Source: an uncultured virus (IMG/VR IMGVR_UViG_3300042318_000627)
Taxonomy: Duplodnaviria > Heunggongvirae > Uroviricota > Caudoviricetes
DNA: 64,000 bases
Strand: one strand, 5' to 3'
IMG/VR virus record: IMGVR_UViG_3300042318_000627
Location: 1-64,000 of that record
Within the stretch, counting starts at the first letter, position 1; the number at the start of each line of letters is the position of its first letter. Below are positions 28,101 to 39,086 of the stretch, in pieces. A program made the translations under genes and the position numbers. Under the pieces are notes generated by a model. The model had not been told where the DNA came from and made no database searches. It saw only the letters and a list, made by a program, of their open reading frames with translations.

Positions 28101-29249
28101 TCAAACATCAATTTTTATTTTTATCAAGCACTCGTTGGTAAAGTCTTTTAACAACGGCTGACTCAACTTGGCAACTGCAACAAGGTCGTTGTTGTCATTA
28201 TATAAACCAACTGTGGTGATATATACCTTTGGATTGGTATAAAAATCGCTAAATCTTAGCTTACCAATGTCTTGAGAATTGCTCGGATTATCGTTATCGG
28301 ATATTACAAATGTTGGATTGTTGCTGTAGTTGTATTCTTGGTTCTTTACTCGAACAAAGAAGTGACGAGCAGGAACATATTCAGTTACTCTGGCTTTCAT
28401 ACCACTAAATACCGCACCGTTCTTTATAGAACTAAACAACAAATTGCTCATGCGAGCAAATTGTGATCCCCATTCGTTTGCAGTATTCCAGTACAAAGAG
28501 TATCCATCAACTTTACCAATCAATTCATGTACCTTCTTGGCATTTAGAATAATAATACCCAAGTCTGGATACATCAAACCAATTGCTTGATAATTTCTTG
28601 TAGAAAGAGAACCGGAAGCCAATGTTCCTTGTAGCAGGTTGTATCTCTTACCACCAGTTTGAACGCCGGTGTCTGGATTAATTCTAGAGTCATCAATTAT
28701 TGTGATTATGGTTCCGAAACCACCCACACCGGAACCACTCAGTGTCATTTCAAATTGACCGGGATCTAATTTGTCTTTATACTTAGCATTTCTAAAAGAA
28801 ATTGCGTAGATATCATCCGCGTTTTCGTATGCATCAGAACCTGAAATAGAAGAAGATATAAACGTGAACTTGTCGTCACCGGGTGACAGCAACAAGTTTC
28901 TGTACTGATTATATATTGCCTTGGTTGGAAACAACAAACTTCCTTGCGAAGAATTTGTGTCGAAAGTAGAAGAACCGGACCCCGCATAATGACCATATGC
29001 AATGGAGAAATAAATATCGGAATTTGATGATCCGGTTGGAGCATCATACACATTGGTATAGTAAAGACCATTCAATGGTTCAAACAATGAAGAAGATTGT
29101 TGGGTTTGACGGCTACTGGTGTAAAATGATGAACCCACAGATACGGAACCACTTCCCCATATCGCTTCACCATCACTCCACAATCCGGTGGAAACTGGCT
29201 GAGTTCTTCCCGCCACTATGTCTGTCGAATCAAATTGTTTAAAAATCAT
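28101..29249 (-). CDS. Tail/baseplate structural protein
   Basis: C-terminal EYNYSNNPT..ITTVGLYNDNNDLVAVAKLSQP resembles tail-collar/fibre attachment domains; structural context. Confidence 0.65.
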   Translation of the reverse strand: MIFKQFDSTDIVAGRTQPVSTGLWSDGEAIWGSGSVSVGSSFYTSSRQTQQSSSLFEPLNGLYYTNVYDAPTGSSNSDIYFSIAYGHYAGSGSSTFDTNSSQGSLLFPTKAIYNQYRNLLLSPGDDKFTFISSSISGSDAYENADDIYAISFRNAKYKDKLDPGQFEMTLSGSGVGGFGTIITIIDDSRINPDTGVQTGGKRYNLLQGTLASGSLSTRNYQAIGLMYPDLGIIILNAKKVHELIGKVDGYSLYWNTANEWGSQFARMSNLLFSSIKNGAVFSGMKARVTEYVPARHFFVRVKNQEYNYSNNPTFVISDNDNPSNSQDIGKLRFSDFYTNPKVYITTVGLYNDNNDLVAVAKLSQPLLKDFTNECLIKIKIDV

Positions 29250-29259
29250 TGTGGTAAAA

Positions 29260-29901
29260 TTACGAGGTTGTGGTTCCCTTTACATTCACAGTAACTGGTA
29301 TTGTTACCGATCCGCCACTTTCATTTCCAACCACCGTGAGAGTTGCACTCAAGGTTTGTGTCAATGCTGAGTTTGGAACAAAACGGAAACGAAGACCAAG
29401 GCTAACTTGAGCAGTCGTCGAAGAAACATCTCCAATAAAAGTTGGGATAGTTGCGTTTGTAACATTCTGAAGTTGTTCGCCGATTATTGTGCCAGCCGAC
29501 TTGTTGGACAAAATTGCTGTATAACCAAGAGTTGTGTTATACACTGGATTGGTAGAAGGAACAATAACCACTTCTCCCTTATAGTCCTTGTCTACATAAA
29601 TTGCACTTTGTCCAAGAGAAATGACTGGGATAGACGTGACTCCGGAAGGCAGAGTAACAAGCTTGTATTTTAGCAACTGAGTTTCGTCAGTGAATGCTTC
29701 AAATACCGGTGTGTTGCGAATAGCCAAATCATAGTAGGCTGAACCCTGTGGGTGATTTGGTTGATACAGACGATAATCAATTTCGTCGTCGGCCAAGGCA
29801 TATGACTTGATATTCAATCCGCCATTTGCCGCAAGTAGCTCTCTACCCTTCTTTGTCAAGACCGCATCCACTGTTATTATTTCATTATTGATATACGCCA
29901 T
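29260..29901 (-). CDS. Tail/baseplate structural protein
   Basis: DAVLTKKGRELLA..YALADDEIDY N-terminus typical of baseplate/collar proteins; late motif at 29919-29926. Confidence 0.6.
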   Translation of the reverse strand: MAYINNEIITVDAVLTKKGRELLAANGGLNIKSYALADDEIDYRLYQPNHPQGSAYYDLAIRNTPVFEAFTDETQLLKYKLVTLPSGVTSIPVISLGQSAIYVDKDYKGEVVIVPSTNPVYNTTLGYTAILSNKSAGTIIGEQLQNVTNATIPTFIGDVSSTTAQVSLGLRFRFVPNSALTQTLSATLTVVGNESGGSVTIPVTVNVKGTTTS

Positions 29902-29952
29902 ATAGTGTTACTTTCTCAATAAATATATATCTGATTACTTTTTTTACTATTT

Positions 29953-32900
29953 TTACACCGTTTTTGTTTCAATTGGCTCAGAGTTATTCAACAAACCGGT
30001 GGTAACATCAACAGTAGTTTTTTTATTTTGACTGTGCTTTTTCCACTTAAAACGGACTTTTGAATTGTCGTATGAGTTTATTTCCTTTAAAGAAAACTGT
30101 CGTTTACCGTATTTATGGTGATTGTTGAAATACCCATTCAGCAATTCGGCGTTCTGGGGGTAATATTCCATAGATAGTGTTTTTTTATAATCAATGCCAG
30201 AAGACAAAGAACCGAAGAATGTACCCGATGTTCTATATTTGAAGTCGTCGGTGACAGGACCAGTTCCAGATGACAAAAATGTGGTATTATATTTTGCAAG
30301 ATTCAATGTAGCCGGAACTCCGCCGAATATACTTCCAACAAAATGATATGTTCCACCAGAATATGTAAAAGTTCCGGTGTAAATCATAGGATATGCCGAA
30401 ACATAATCAGCAGTTATAGAAATGCCGGGTGATGATATTACACCATTTCCCGTCGATCCCCACACAGAACCGGATAATATTGTGCCATTCAATGAATGTG
30501 CTGATGATACAGTGAAAGATGTTGGCAACCCAATTGACGATGGAACAAAGCTGACGCTTCCGCTGTAGTATATATCTTCATAGGAAATTGTCGTGATATA
30601 TGAAGTTAATTCTGGCAATTTTGCCATATTAATTTTGTAATAAGAAGACGACATTGTTTGAACTGTTCCATTCAAATTGACATTTATCTCACGGTCATTG
30701 AACGAAGACGATGGTAAATTGTATTTGTTGTATACTTGATACTGCTTCTTGACTTTGATTACATCGGCTCTGTAATATTCTCCATTATAGTATGTTACTC
30801 CATTGTCTGAATATACTCCAAATCCGTACTGGTCTTCGTCGGTTGGAAAAAATATTTGATTTACATCACTTAAAATTGATGTTCCTTCATTTTTCGTAAC
30901 CAAAGTATCTTCAAATTTTGGAACCTGTGTTCCGGCGATTCCGCGATTAACTTCTATGTGCGATTCTTTTTGTTGAATGGTTTCTTGAACCATTGGCTTC
31001 AACTGAATCTTCGGACGCTCCAAAATGGACGGTTCAATCAAAATACCATCAACGAGGTTGGCTCTGGCTGGAACAACCGACTTGATATATTTGAACATCG
31101 CCTTATCAAAATAGAATCGTACCACGTTCATAAACAACTGATAGTCTATTGCACCAAATCCTTGGTCATAGAATATTTGCCTAAACTTTTCAAATCGAGT
31201 GTATGAGCTTGCATACACATATGAAGGGTCTCCAATTAATTCAGATAACGGATAATTTCCAAAGAACTTGATTATTTCTGTGTTTTGAATTTCTGAAGGA
31301 GAGAAGAATATACCAAGTCTATTAGATCCCATGCCAACAAGTTCACTTGATTGTAGGGACGAGCGTTCGGTTGAAGACAAGCTTGATATCAACTCTTGTT
31401 CAACATAATTTATTTTATTGCTTCCGAACTTACCAGCACCATAATCAGGTAATTTTACTGTCTGTCTTGAATCCTTGCGAGTAAACTGCCAAGGAAATCC
31501 GGGTCCATTTGTAGGATCACATTCGGTCACTTGCTTCAGCGGAATATTATTTTCTGGGAAGTTTACTGCATCAAACGTCGGAAAATCACTACGGAAAGAC
31601 AAATTGTTTAAGGTGGTGGAATTTGAAGGTGCATGCAATTCCAATGGACGTTCAAACGATATTCTGAGAAGATTATCAGAAATCATATTCACCGGAGAAT
31701 TCATATCATATGCATTCTGATGCAATGTGTGATTTTCAAAAACAGAATCGCTGATGGGAGATTCCCAAATTTTTATTTCATCAATGTTTCCAAAGAATGC
31801 TTCTGGATCAATATTTAATGAAGCGGTATTCTGGTTATAGTTACCAATATAAACATGTGAACCAGAACGGAATTGTGTATTACAACTTCCACTCAAATAT
31901 TGGCTTGCCGTTGCAAAGAATGTTATTCTTGAATCCTCGGCTCGTTGCAGTTGCACATCATACTTAATTGGGTATTGATCTATTTGAGACGGAGTGAAAT
32001 TGTAAACGGAAAATTCTTGGGATGCATCATGGCGGCGAAGCATGGCGTGATAGGTATTGCCATCAAACACCGGTGCCTTGTTGGTCATGATAGTCTTTAC
32101 GCTACCGGAACCATCGTCCAAGCTAAAGAACAGTTTTCCCCAATCCAATCCTTTGTCTCTATATACACCCAATAACCAACTACCTGGACATTCAGCTAAT
32201 CTGAATACATGTCCTTCCTCACTTGTGTTGGTTTTGTCAAACGCAAAGTTGAATTCTAATGTTTGAGCACTTCCAGTCCAGTTGACCTTGAAATATTCCG
32301 AATTTCCACCAAAATATGGTTCGTATTTTACTTCGTCGATCACATACTCAGAAGTATCTTGTAGATTATGTATATTATGAATTCCACCATACTCTTTTAT
32401 TTTTATGATATTCTTTGGTATTCCAAAGCAGCTCAACAATGATGACAATGAAGCTTCTGTACCTTTGGTCTTGTAGATATAAGGCAGGGTGTTGAGAATA
32501 CGCTTCCAGATGATTTGATTCCGCTGTTCTTCGGACAATTGTCTAGTTTGGTTATACAACTCTGTGCCAATATCAAAATCGTTTTGATTAAATGAAGACA
32601 ATAATAACGGTAGATTCTCTTTAGAAATCTCCGCTTCCCATCCAAGCGATGCCAACATGTCTTCAACAATGTCCACAGAAATACCATAATTTGAACTGTT
32701 GGAATAATTGTTTTTCTCAGTGATTTGCTTGATGCTCAAAGAAAGATTGTCAAAGAAATGACCAACCATGCCAACAAACTTTATATAATCAATATTGGCA
32801 TCCGATTCTTCCACCATGAATTGTGGAAGATTGTTAATTAAAGAATTTCCATTGCTGCGATCATACAAAGACGACGAACCAATATGCTCCGTATACCATA

Positions 32901-34632
32901 CAGGATTGTTGTACAAGAATTTCTCATACCCATCCATTGAAGTTTCAATGTTGTCTATTTCCGTGTTAGCGTCTGTACGTTCTTTTATATAAAACTGATC
33001 GTCTGGATTGCTATCAAGTTTGGTTGTAAAATATTCTATGTCGCCTTGCAATTTTTCAATTTGAGACTTTTTTGTATCAAATGCGGAAACTCTTAAAGTT
33101 GCTGATGAGAAATTTACAAAGTTTTCAAATTTTCTGTAATTTGTATTATCAACAATGGTATCAAACGGAACACTTATCTTGGAAACCATTTCGCTGTACG
33201 CACTGCCGGTTTGGTTTATCAATTGTTCCATTGATAAAGCTTCTGTAGCATTACCCTGACTCTCAATCCTAACCAAAAAATTTGGACCCTTTAACCGAAT
33301 CGTTTGTATATTTGGTTTGGTAAAATAGTATAAATTCTGAACTATAGGAAGAAATCCAAAGTTGTTCGAGATCCACAGATCATCTCCAACTGATATTGAC
33401 GATGGTAAAGGATCGCTCAGTTTTAATACCAACTTATCGTAAAATCTTGGATCGGCGGTGGAAACCACCTTTTTATTGAGAATGGAATATTTTTTATCTC
33501 CGTCAAAATTTACATAATTCTTAAAATATCCGGACAAATATATGTTGTGCTTTGCCTCTATAACATAAATTTCCGGATAAAAAATGAGATTATAATAGAT
33601 ATACCCAAGAAATTCTAGTATAGAGTTATAATCGTCCGGCTTCCTGTTGGTTATTCTGTTGAGTTCTTGATCAACTACAAATCTGAATATGCTATAATAG
33701 TAGTCGCGTACATCTTGAAAATTGGTACCGGACTCATAATTCTGATATAACCAGTTTTTGAATTGGTCATATATTCCAAGAATATCATTTGTAGAAATTT
33801 CTCCACTGTTGCGAATGTTACCCTTCTTCACGCCATAGAACATGTCGGTCAGAAGATTTATAGCATCAATATCATTACCAGATTCCGATTCTCTGCTGTT
33901 CAATCCGTAATTATACTTAAAGCTTGCGGCGGCATTTAAATATTGATTTTTCGCCGCGTAATATAAATTGTATATTGGTGGAGAAGAAATAGAATCTGTA
34001 AGAGACTCTGCGATTTCCTTAATTTGAAATTGATAATTTAAGAATACATTAAATTCATCAACGGTGTTTGATCGTATTCCTTTTAGAGTCTTGGGAATTA
34101 TTGCTATTTCAGTTCTTGATGTAGAGATTGTATCTATTATCAGCTTTTCGTCCGAACCGGATTCTGTTCCAACCAAATTTCTCAATAATTCTATGGAAAC
34201 CTTGTAATTTCCATCGGTTATTCCCACATTGTTCAACTCTTTGGATACATCCAATAAAATAGAACTTGTTAAAACGGAACCGGATGTATTTGTTGAATCG
34301 GTTGTTTCGGAATAATCTGGCGTCGAATCTATAATAGGAAGAGTACTATTAAACTTCTCGTATGAATAAGTAACATATTTGTTGGTTACATCATAATATG
34401 ACTGAGTATTTTTTGTATACGATCCGGACGACATGATCACGGATGCAGTTACTTGAGACTCATCAAAATTGAATACTGAGATCTTTATTATGTCCTTATC
34501 CGACTCCCCAAACGGAAAATTAACATAAGTTTGATTCTCGGTATAAAACTTCAAATCTTTTTCAGAAAAAGTAGAACCAACATTCAAAGAAGATGTGGAT
34601 TGTGTTCTATATTTTATATCTGTAAGTTTCAT
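29953..34632 (-). CDS. Large baseplate wedge-like protein
   Basis: 1559 aa; WKRILNTLPYIYKTKGTEASL resembles the P2 gpI/T4 gp7-type wedge motif; internal LamG-like segment (FFGNIDEIKIW). Confidence 0.65.
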   Translation of the reverse strand: MKLTDIKYRTQSTSSLNVGSTFSEKDLKFYTENQTYVNFPFGESDKDIIKISVFNFDESQVTASVIMSSGSYTKNTQSYYDVTNKYVTYSYEKFNSTLPIIDSTPDYSETTDSTNTSGSVLTSSILLDVSKELNNVGITDGNYKVSIELLRNLVGTESGSDEKLIIDTISTSRTEIAIIPKTLKGIRSNTVDEFNVFLNYQFQIKEIAESLTDSISSPPIYNLYYAAKNQYLNAAASFKYNYGLNSRESESGNDIDAINLLTDMFYGVKKGNIRNSGEISTNDILGIYDQFKNWLYQNYESGTNFQDVRDYYYSIFRFVVDQELNRITNRKPDDYNSILEFLGYIYYNLIFYPEIYVIEAKHNIYLSGYFKNYVNFDGDKKYSILNKKVVSTADPRFYDKLVLKLSDPLPSSISVGDDLWISNNFGFLPIVQNLYYFTKPNIQTIRLKGPNFLVRIESQGNATEALSMEQLINQTGSAYSEMVSKISVPFDTIVDNTNYRKFENFVNFSSATLRVSAFDTKKSQIEKLQGDIEYFTTKLDSNPDDQFYIKERTDANTEIDNIETSMDGYEKFLYNNPVWYTEHIGSSSLYDRSNGNSLINNLPQFMVEESDANIDYIKFVGMVGHFFDNLSLSIKQITEKNNYSNSSNYGISVDIVEDMLASLGWEAEISKENLPLLLSSFNQNDFDIGTELYNQTRQLSEEQRNQIIWKRILNTLPYIYKTKGTEASLSSLLSCFGIPKNIIKIKEYGGIHNIHNLQDTSEYVIDEVKYEPYFGGNSEYFKVNWTGSAQTLEFNFAFDKTNTSEEGHVFRLAECPGSWLLGVYRDKGLDWGKLFFSLDDGSGSVKTIMTNKAPVFDGNTYHAMLRRHDASQEFSVYNFTPSQIDQYPIKYDVQLQRAEDSRITFFATASQYLSGSCNTQFRSGSHVYIGNYNQNTASLNIDPEAFFGNIDEIKIWESPISDSVFENHTLHQNAYDMNSPVNMISDNLLRISFERPLELHAPSNSTTLNNLSFRSDFPTFDAVNFPENNIPLKQVTECDPTNGPGFPWQFTRKDSRQTVKLPDYGAGKFGSNKINYVEQELISSLSSTERSSLQSSELVGMGSNRLGIFFSPSEIQNTEIIKFFGNYPLSELIGDPSYVYASSYTRFEKFRQIFYDQGFGAIDYQLFMNVVRFYFDKAMFKYIKSVVPARANLVDGILIEPSILERPKIQLKPMVQETIQQKESHIEVNRGIAGTQVPKFEDTLVTKNEGTSILSDVNQIFFPTDEDQYGFGVYSDNGVTYYNGEYYRADVIKVKKQYQVYNKYNLPSSSFNDREINVNLNGTVQTMSSSYYKINMAKLPELTSYITTISYEDIYYSGSVSFVPSSIGLPTSFTVSSAHSLNGTILSGSVWGSTGNGVISSPGISITADYVSAYPMIYTGTFTYSGGTYHFVGSIFGGVPATLNLAKYNTTFLSSGTGPVTDDFKYRTSGTFFGSLSSGIDYKKTLSMEYYPQNAELLNGYFNNHHKYGKRQFSLKEINSYDNSKVRFKWKKHSQNKKTTVDVTTGLLNNSEPIETKTV

Positions 34633-34850
34633 AGTTCTTTGAATGTAACATCATATTTTGTTTCTACTTTGATTGGATCATACACAACATTCTGTAAAGG
34701 AATGGTTATCGAGGATGAATACAACTGGCCACTAACATTTTGTATAATCAAATTACCGTATGAATCTATGTTTGGGATTATTGACCCGCTGGAATATAGA
34801 GTCTGTATATCATTTTGATTATAACCTGTCAGATATGGATTTGGTTTCAT
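34629..34850 (-). CDS. Hypothetical structural-module protein
   Basis: 73-aa ORF overlapping both neighbours by 4 nt. Confidence 0.65.
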   Translation of the reverse strand: MKPNPYLTGYNQNDIQTLYSSGSIIPNIDSYGNLIIQNVSGQLYSSSITIPLQNVVYDPIKVETKYDVTFKEL

Positions 34851-36181
34851 CTAGAGATCTTGAATGCGGTTGGAACAGTGAATGTCATTATAGAGCCACT
34901 TTGCTCTGAACGAATTTCTACCTTGTAATATCTTTCTTGAGGAAGACCGGTTGTATCCAACATAAAATAATTTCCATATGAATCAAAACTTAATCTGGTA
35001 TATTCGTCATATGGCAATACAGAATCTTCGGTTTCAGCGTCTTTAATAGAATAGAAACTTGAACTTGGTAAATAATACGGAGTCAAATAGTCTGAAAGTT
35101 TGTTTGTAAATGTTTTTTGTGGATAACGCTTTCTTGAAGTTACATCCATTCTTAAAATAGAACCGTGCTTATATTCTTTAGCAAGGTTCTTCATATTAAC
35201 AACGGCGTCTCTCAATTGAATTGGGTCAGCACTACCGGTTTCTATTAACGCATCATTCCAAGCAACATCAATGTATGGAGAATATATTGTATTGGTTTCT
35301 TTGGAGAAGAATCTTAATTTCCCATAATCAATAGAACTTGATTCATCGCTATGTAATACAATCAATCCGTTATTTTCAATTCCACCTGTTAGCCATGCTT
35401 CTACGATTGGGGTTACATCCATACGAACATCGCTGGTTTGATAATCAAACGATTGAGTGCAAGCATATCCTCCGGTAACTGGTGCTATATAAGATGAAGT
35501 TGCTGGTGGAACATAAGTGTCGTCGCAATTTGGAAACGGATTATATGGATTGTTGTATGGAAGTTGAGCATATCCAGAACCAGAACCTAGCAAGCTTGCA
35601 GAAATCCACCAAACACCACCGCCGCTACAATCGGTTAAAGAACCAGTTGTCCATTTTTCAGAGAATCCATCAACAAACTTCCAATTTGCTCCATCCGACG
35701 CAGATTGACCATCGTACTTATATCCAGAACCCATTCCCCAAGATTGAGAAATTGGATATGCAGCAAGTGTGTATTTTACAGGAACTTCTTTAGATTCGCA
35801 TGTTTTTAGAACAAGATAAAAGCGAGGATTTACTATCTTGTTACATACTATAGAAGATGATATATCACTCAAATCAAATTGTAATAATGCTCTTGATAAT
35901 ACAGAACCTTGAGTAACTTGACTGGTTTGGATATATGAACTTGATATAACCTTCGGGTCGGTTGAACCTGAATCAAAGGAAGCGGACATCGAACCGCTTA
36001 AAAGTTCAATGCTTGAACTGGTGAATGAAATTGGTGTGGAATATGTTCCCTTACTTGAGCAACTAGCATAAGATACCCGTTTTTCCACTTCAATAATTTC
36101 GTCCAACCCCATGTTCTTGAACATATATGACGGATCGTTGCTGATGGTGGTGTCTTTGGTTGGATATAAAAAGTAATGCAT
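34847..36181 (-). CDS. DNRLRE-like domain virion protein
   Basis: KDTTI..SRALLQFDLS..MDVTPIVEAW..NNGLIV..FFSKE..PYIDV pattern. Confidence 0.6.
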   Translation of the reverse strand: MHYFLYPTKDTTISNDPSYMFKNMGLDEIIEVEKRVSYASCSSKGTYSTPISFTSSSIELLSGSMSASFDSGSTDPKVISSSYIQTSQVTQGSVLSRALLQFDLSDISSSIVCNKIVNPRFYLVLKTCESKEVPVKYTLAAYPISQSWGMGSGYKYDGQSASDGANWKFVDGFSEKWTTGSLTDCSGGGVWWISASLLGSGSGYAQLPYNNPYNPFPNCDDTYVPPATSSYIAPVTGGYACTQSFDYQTSDVRMDVTPIVEAWLTGGIENNGLIVLHSDESSSIDYGKLRFFSKETNTIYSPYIDVAWNDALIETGSADPIQLRDAVVNMKNLAKEYKHGSILRMDVTSRKRYPQKTFTNKLSDYLTPYYLPSSSFYSIKDAETEDSVLPYDEYTRLSFDSYGNYFMLDTTGLPQERYYKVEIRSEQSGSIMTFTVPTAFKISR

Positions 36182-36237
36182 ATACTATGTTCTTTACATT
36201 ATAAATATACTCCCCAACCAATAAATTGAGCCTATAT

Positions 36238-38193
36238 TTATGCCACTCTGCCTACAATGTCTTTTGTGGGAAATCTTACTTCAAATATCGAAGGATCAAT
36301 TGATGGATATACCACCTTGTCTAATGTAGCTTTGACTATATCATATTCATATGGAGAATAATCACCATCTCGCAATGTTAAATTTTTGATTTTCAATGAA
36401 GAAACGGATTGCACTCCATCAATCTTGGCAATCTCCAGCTCAAGGCGACTCAAATTAATTGGTTGGCAAAACTGAATATTGTTGATGTCAAAGAATTGTT
36501 GAACCAAAGTCAAACAATTTGCCAACACTTCTCGCTTATTATAATTTTTATAAGCAATGATAGTGAAGTCCACTCCGATATTTATTATATATCCATCCAA
36601 TAGATTTACACTGTCTGTCAACATACGATATTGATTGAGATAGTTCTTGAGATTTTGACGAATGGCTTCGTTTGTATTTATCAAACGTTGGTTCGTATCA
36701 TAACCAAGCAAATATAGATTGATGGCCGACTGGTTGTTCTGGTTGATATTCTTACGATTTGTATTTTCAGGACCAAGTGAGCTTGTAGAAAGTTGATTTG
36801 GAAATGCCTGTATATTTGGTAAATCCAAGTTAGTATCTGCAACAGCATACGCCTTGGCAACAGAACCAAACTTTGACGGCATTGAATATGTTCTTACAAC
36901 ATAATCTTTTTGAGTAACTGCTCTACCTTGTGCAGAAAAACTTGATAATGCATTGTTGCGAATTTCATCATTGGTTTCCGAACCGCGACCGCCAGAAGCT
37001 GGAACCGGGTTATTTACTTTTACAGAACGTCTGACCAAATTTGTAAGTCCCTGATCAAACACAGGTAATTCTGTGATATCTCCGAAGAATTCAACGTTGG
37101 TAATGTTCTTTATAGTATTGGCATTAACATTGCTTTCCAATCCACCACCTGTGATATAACGAATGGTCAATGTTGTGTTGCTCGGAGCTTGTCCAAATGC
37201 CCTAGACGACAGAAAATTTGCTGGGTCGTAGTTTATGCTCTCATTTCTGAATGTGTTTGGTTTTCCAACCGTATATACGTTTGGAACAATGATTTCGTCG
37301 TCGGAGATATTTGTACCAGACCCAAACTCCAAGAATGTTGTATTGTCGGCTTGTACACCGGTAACAAACCGTTTAGATGTTCTTAAATACTTTAGTAAGA
37401 ACGGAACGGTGTCTCTGTGTGAAGAAAGTGACATATCGTTTTTGTATATATTCTCACTTTCAATTGGCACCAAATCTTGTGCAAGATAATCTGTTTCATG
37501 CCACCGATTTCCGTCAGAATCATATACATCAAAAACTTCAATGATATTTGTTTCAGATAGATATATTTTATAAAATGGAGATGGTGCTGATATGCTCACA
37601 GTTTTGCTTATCAATTGACCAGAAAATGCTTCAGCGGACTTTTTTAATACATAAAATTCTGGCTGACTAGCAGCGTTGCGTTGATATACAGAAACTTCAA
37701 GCGGATCGTTCTGGGTATCTACAGTAAAGTCTACTGGTACACTAGTCAAAAATGAAACTCCGGAATCGCTAGTAGCGGACATACCGGGTTTTATGATTTG
37801 AGCATAACTCATATCCGGAACAATGCTACCGTCTTCTGAAATTTTTGATGGCACCAATTGATATACATCAAAATTTGTTACGCTTGGAGCGGTTGGTTTT
37901 GACTTGTAACTCAAAGAACGAGCAGAATCAATAATATTCTGACGCTCTTCTGAATTTACCAACATAGATTCTTTGAATTGATAGTCTATATAATATGATA
38001 ATACGTCACCAACATAAGCCGCCATTTCAATATACATCATGCCAGGTGAAGCATCGCTAAAATCCTTGTATGTGTTTGGATAATATGTTTTAGAAAAATC
38101 AATCAAAGACTGCTTCAATTGCGAGAAGTCCTTGCTTAGATACTTAACATCTCTTTTTCCAGGTTGAAAGGATTTTGGTGTGTCTAAAATCAT
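36238..38193 (-). CDS. Baseplate wedge subunit (T4 gp6 / baseplate J-like)
   Basis: KDFSQLK..YPNTYKDFSDASPGMMYIEMAAYVGDVLSYYID; GG..ET..EIR..RAVTQKDY. Confidence 0.88.
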   Translation of the reverse strand: MILDTPKSFQPGKRDVKYLSKDFSQLKQSLIDFSKTYYPNTYKDFSDASPGMMYIEMAAYVGDVLSYYIDYQFKESMLVNSEERQNIIDSARSLSYKSKPTAPSVTNFDVYQLVPSKISEDGSIVPDMSYAQIIKPGMSATSDSGVSFLTSVPVDFTVDTQNDPLEVSVYQRNAASQPEFYVLKKSAEAFSGQLISKTVSISAPSPFYKIYLSETNIIEVFDVYDSDGNRWHETDYLAQDLVPIESENIYKNDMSLSSHRDTVPFLLKYLRTSKRFVTGVQADNTTFLEFGSGTNISDDEIIVPNVYTVGKPNTFRNESINYDPANFLSSRAFGQAPSNTTLTIRYITGGGLESNVNANTIKNITNVEFFGDITELPVFDQGLTNLVRRSVKVNNPVPASGGRGSETNDEIRNNALSSFSAQGRAVTQKDYVVRTYSMPSKFGSVAKAYAVADTNLDLPNIQAFPNQLSTSSLGPENTNRKNINQNNQSAINLYLLGYDTNQRLINTNEAIRQNLKNYLNQYRMLTDSVNLLDGYIINIGVDFTIIAYKNYNKREVLANCLTLVQQFFDINNIQFCQPINLSRLELEIAKIDGVQSVSSLKIKNLTLRDGDYSPYEYDIVKATLDKVVYPSIDPSIFEVRFPTKDIVGRVA

Positions 38194-38594
38194 ATATTAT
38201 TTGTGTTCATTCCCACTTGCAATGTTTGTTGGTCAAAAACTCCAATAGATGGAACGGTGAATACAACAGACACATCCAAGCGATTATAATTGTTATCTTT
38301 GTTATTCGCCACTGACACAGACTGCACATTCACATAACTCATCCATTTGGCAATGTCTCTCCGAATAGTACTATCAATAATTGGAGTCATATCATCTGAC
38401 ATATTCTCAAATAATACATTCCACAACCCAGATCCAAAATCTGGGTTCATTCTGCGTTCTCCCTTTTTTGTTTTTAGCAACAAATTTAAGTTGGATTTTA
38501 CTTGTTCAATTACACTGTAACTTTGGTTGAAATATCCATGTTGCCCATGAGTGATGGGAAGAACTATACCATAAGTTTGTGTTGCAGTTGCCAT
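38190..38594 (-). CDS. Baseplate wedge protein, gp25/GPW family
   Basis: VKSNLNLLLKTKKGERRMNPDFGSGLWNVLFE. Confidence 0.9.
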   Translation of the reverse strand: MATATQTYGIVLPITHGQHGYFNQSYSVIEQVKSNLNLLLKTKKGERRMNPDFGSGLWNVLFENMSDDMTPIIDSTIRRDIAKWMSYVNVQSVSVANNKDNNYNRLDVSVVFTVPSIGVFDQQTLQVGMNTNNI

Positions 38595-38596
38595 CT

Positions 38597-39046
38597 TTAA
38601 GCCGGTCTACCAGATTTTGCTTTGGCGTCAATCGCCTTCATCAATTTGGAATAGTCTCTGGTCATTGCATTTGCTACGGCGGCAACGTCCTTGTTTTCGG
38701 CCAACACTTCTTTTGGTAGATTTTTGATAGTGTCTATTGCAGATGGAATAGACACAGAACTTTCGTCCGGTATTCCTCCAACCGTCTCGTTCAATATTTG
38801 GTTAAATATTGGGTTTGAAGAAAATGTTCTTGGTGCTTGTACCGGTGCTTTCTTAATCGGCGTCTCGAAAGAAACCGATGGCTTTTTTCTTGGTGCAGCA
38901 GGTATAGTTGGTTCTTTTTCTTCGGTAATAACCGGTTGGGCGGTGATTCGCTCGGCCAATACTTCCATTAGATATTGAGGAAGAGCATTATTGATCTCTT
39001 CTCGCACAACCGTTCTTATAATTTCTACCAGTTCTTTCTTGTTCAT
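38597..39046 (-). CDS. Hypothetical protein
   Basis: 149-aa ORF, TATTTATA at 39062-39069. Confidence 0.7.
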   Translation of the reverse strand: MNKKELVEIIRTVVREEINNALPQYLMEVLAERITAQPVITEEKEPTIPAAPRKKPSVSFETPIKKAPVQAPRTFSSNPIFNQILNETVGGIPDESSVSIPSAIDTIKNLPKEVLAENKDVAAVANAMTRDYSKLMKAIDAKAKSGRPA

Positions 39047-39086
39047 ATATATGATTCCTTATATAAATATAATGTGTTTTTGATAA

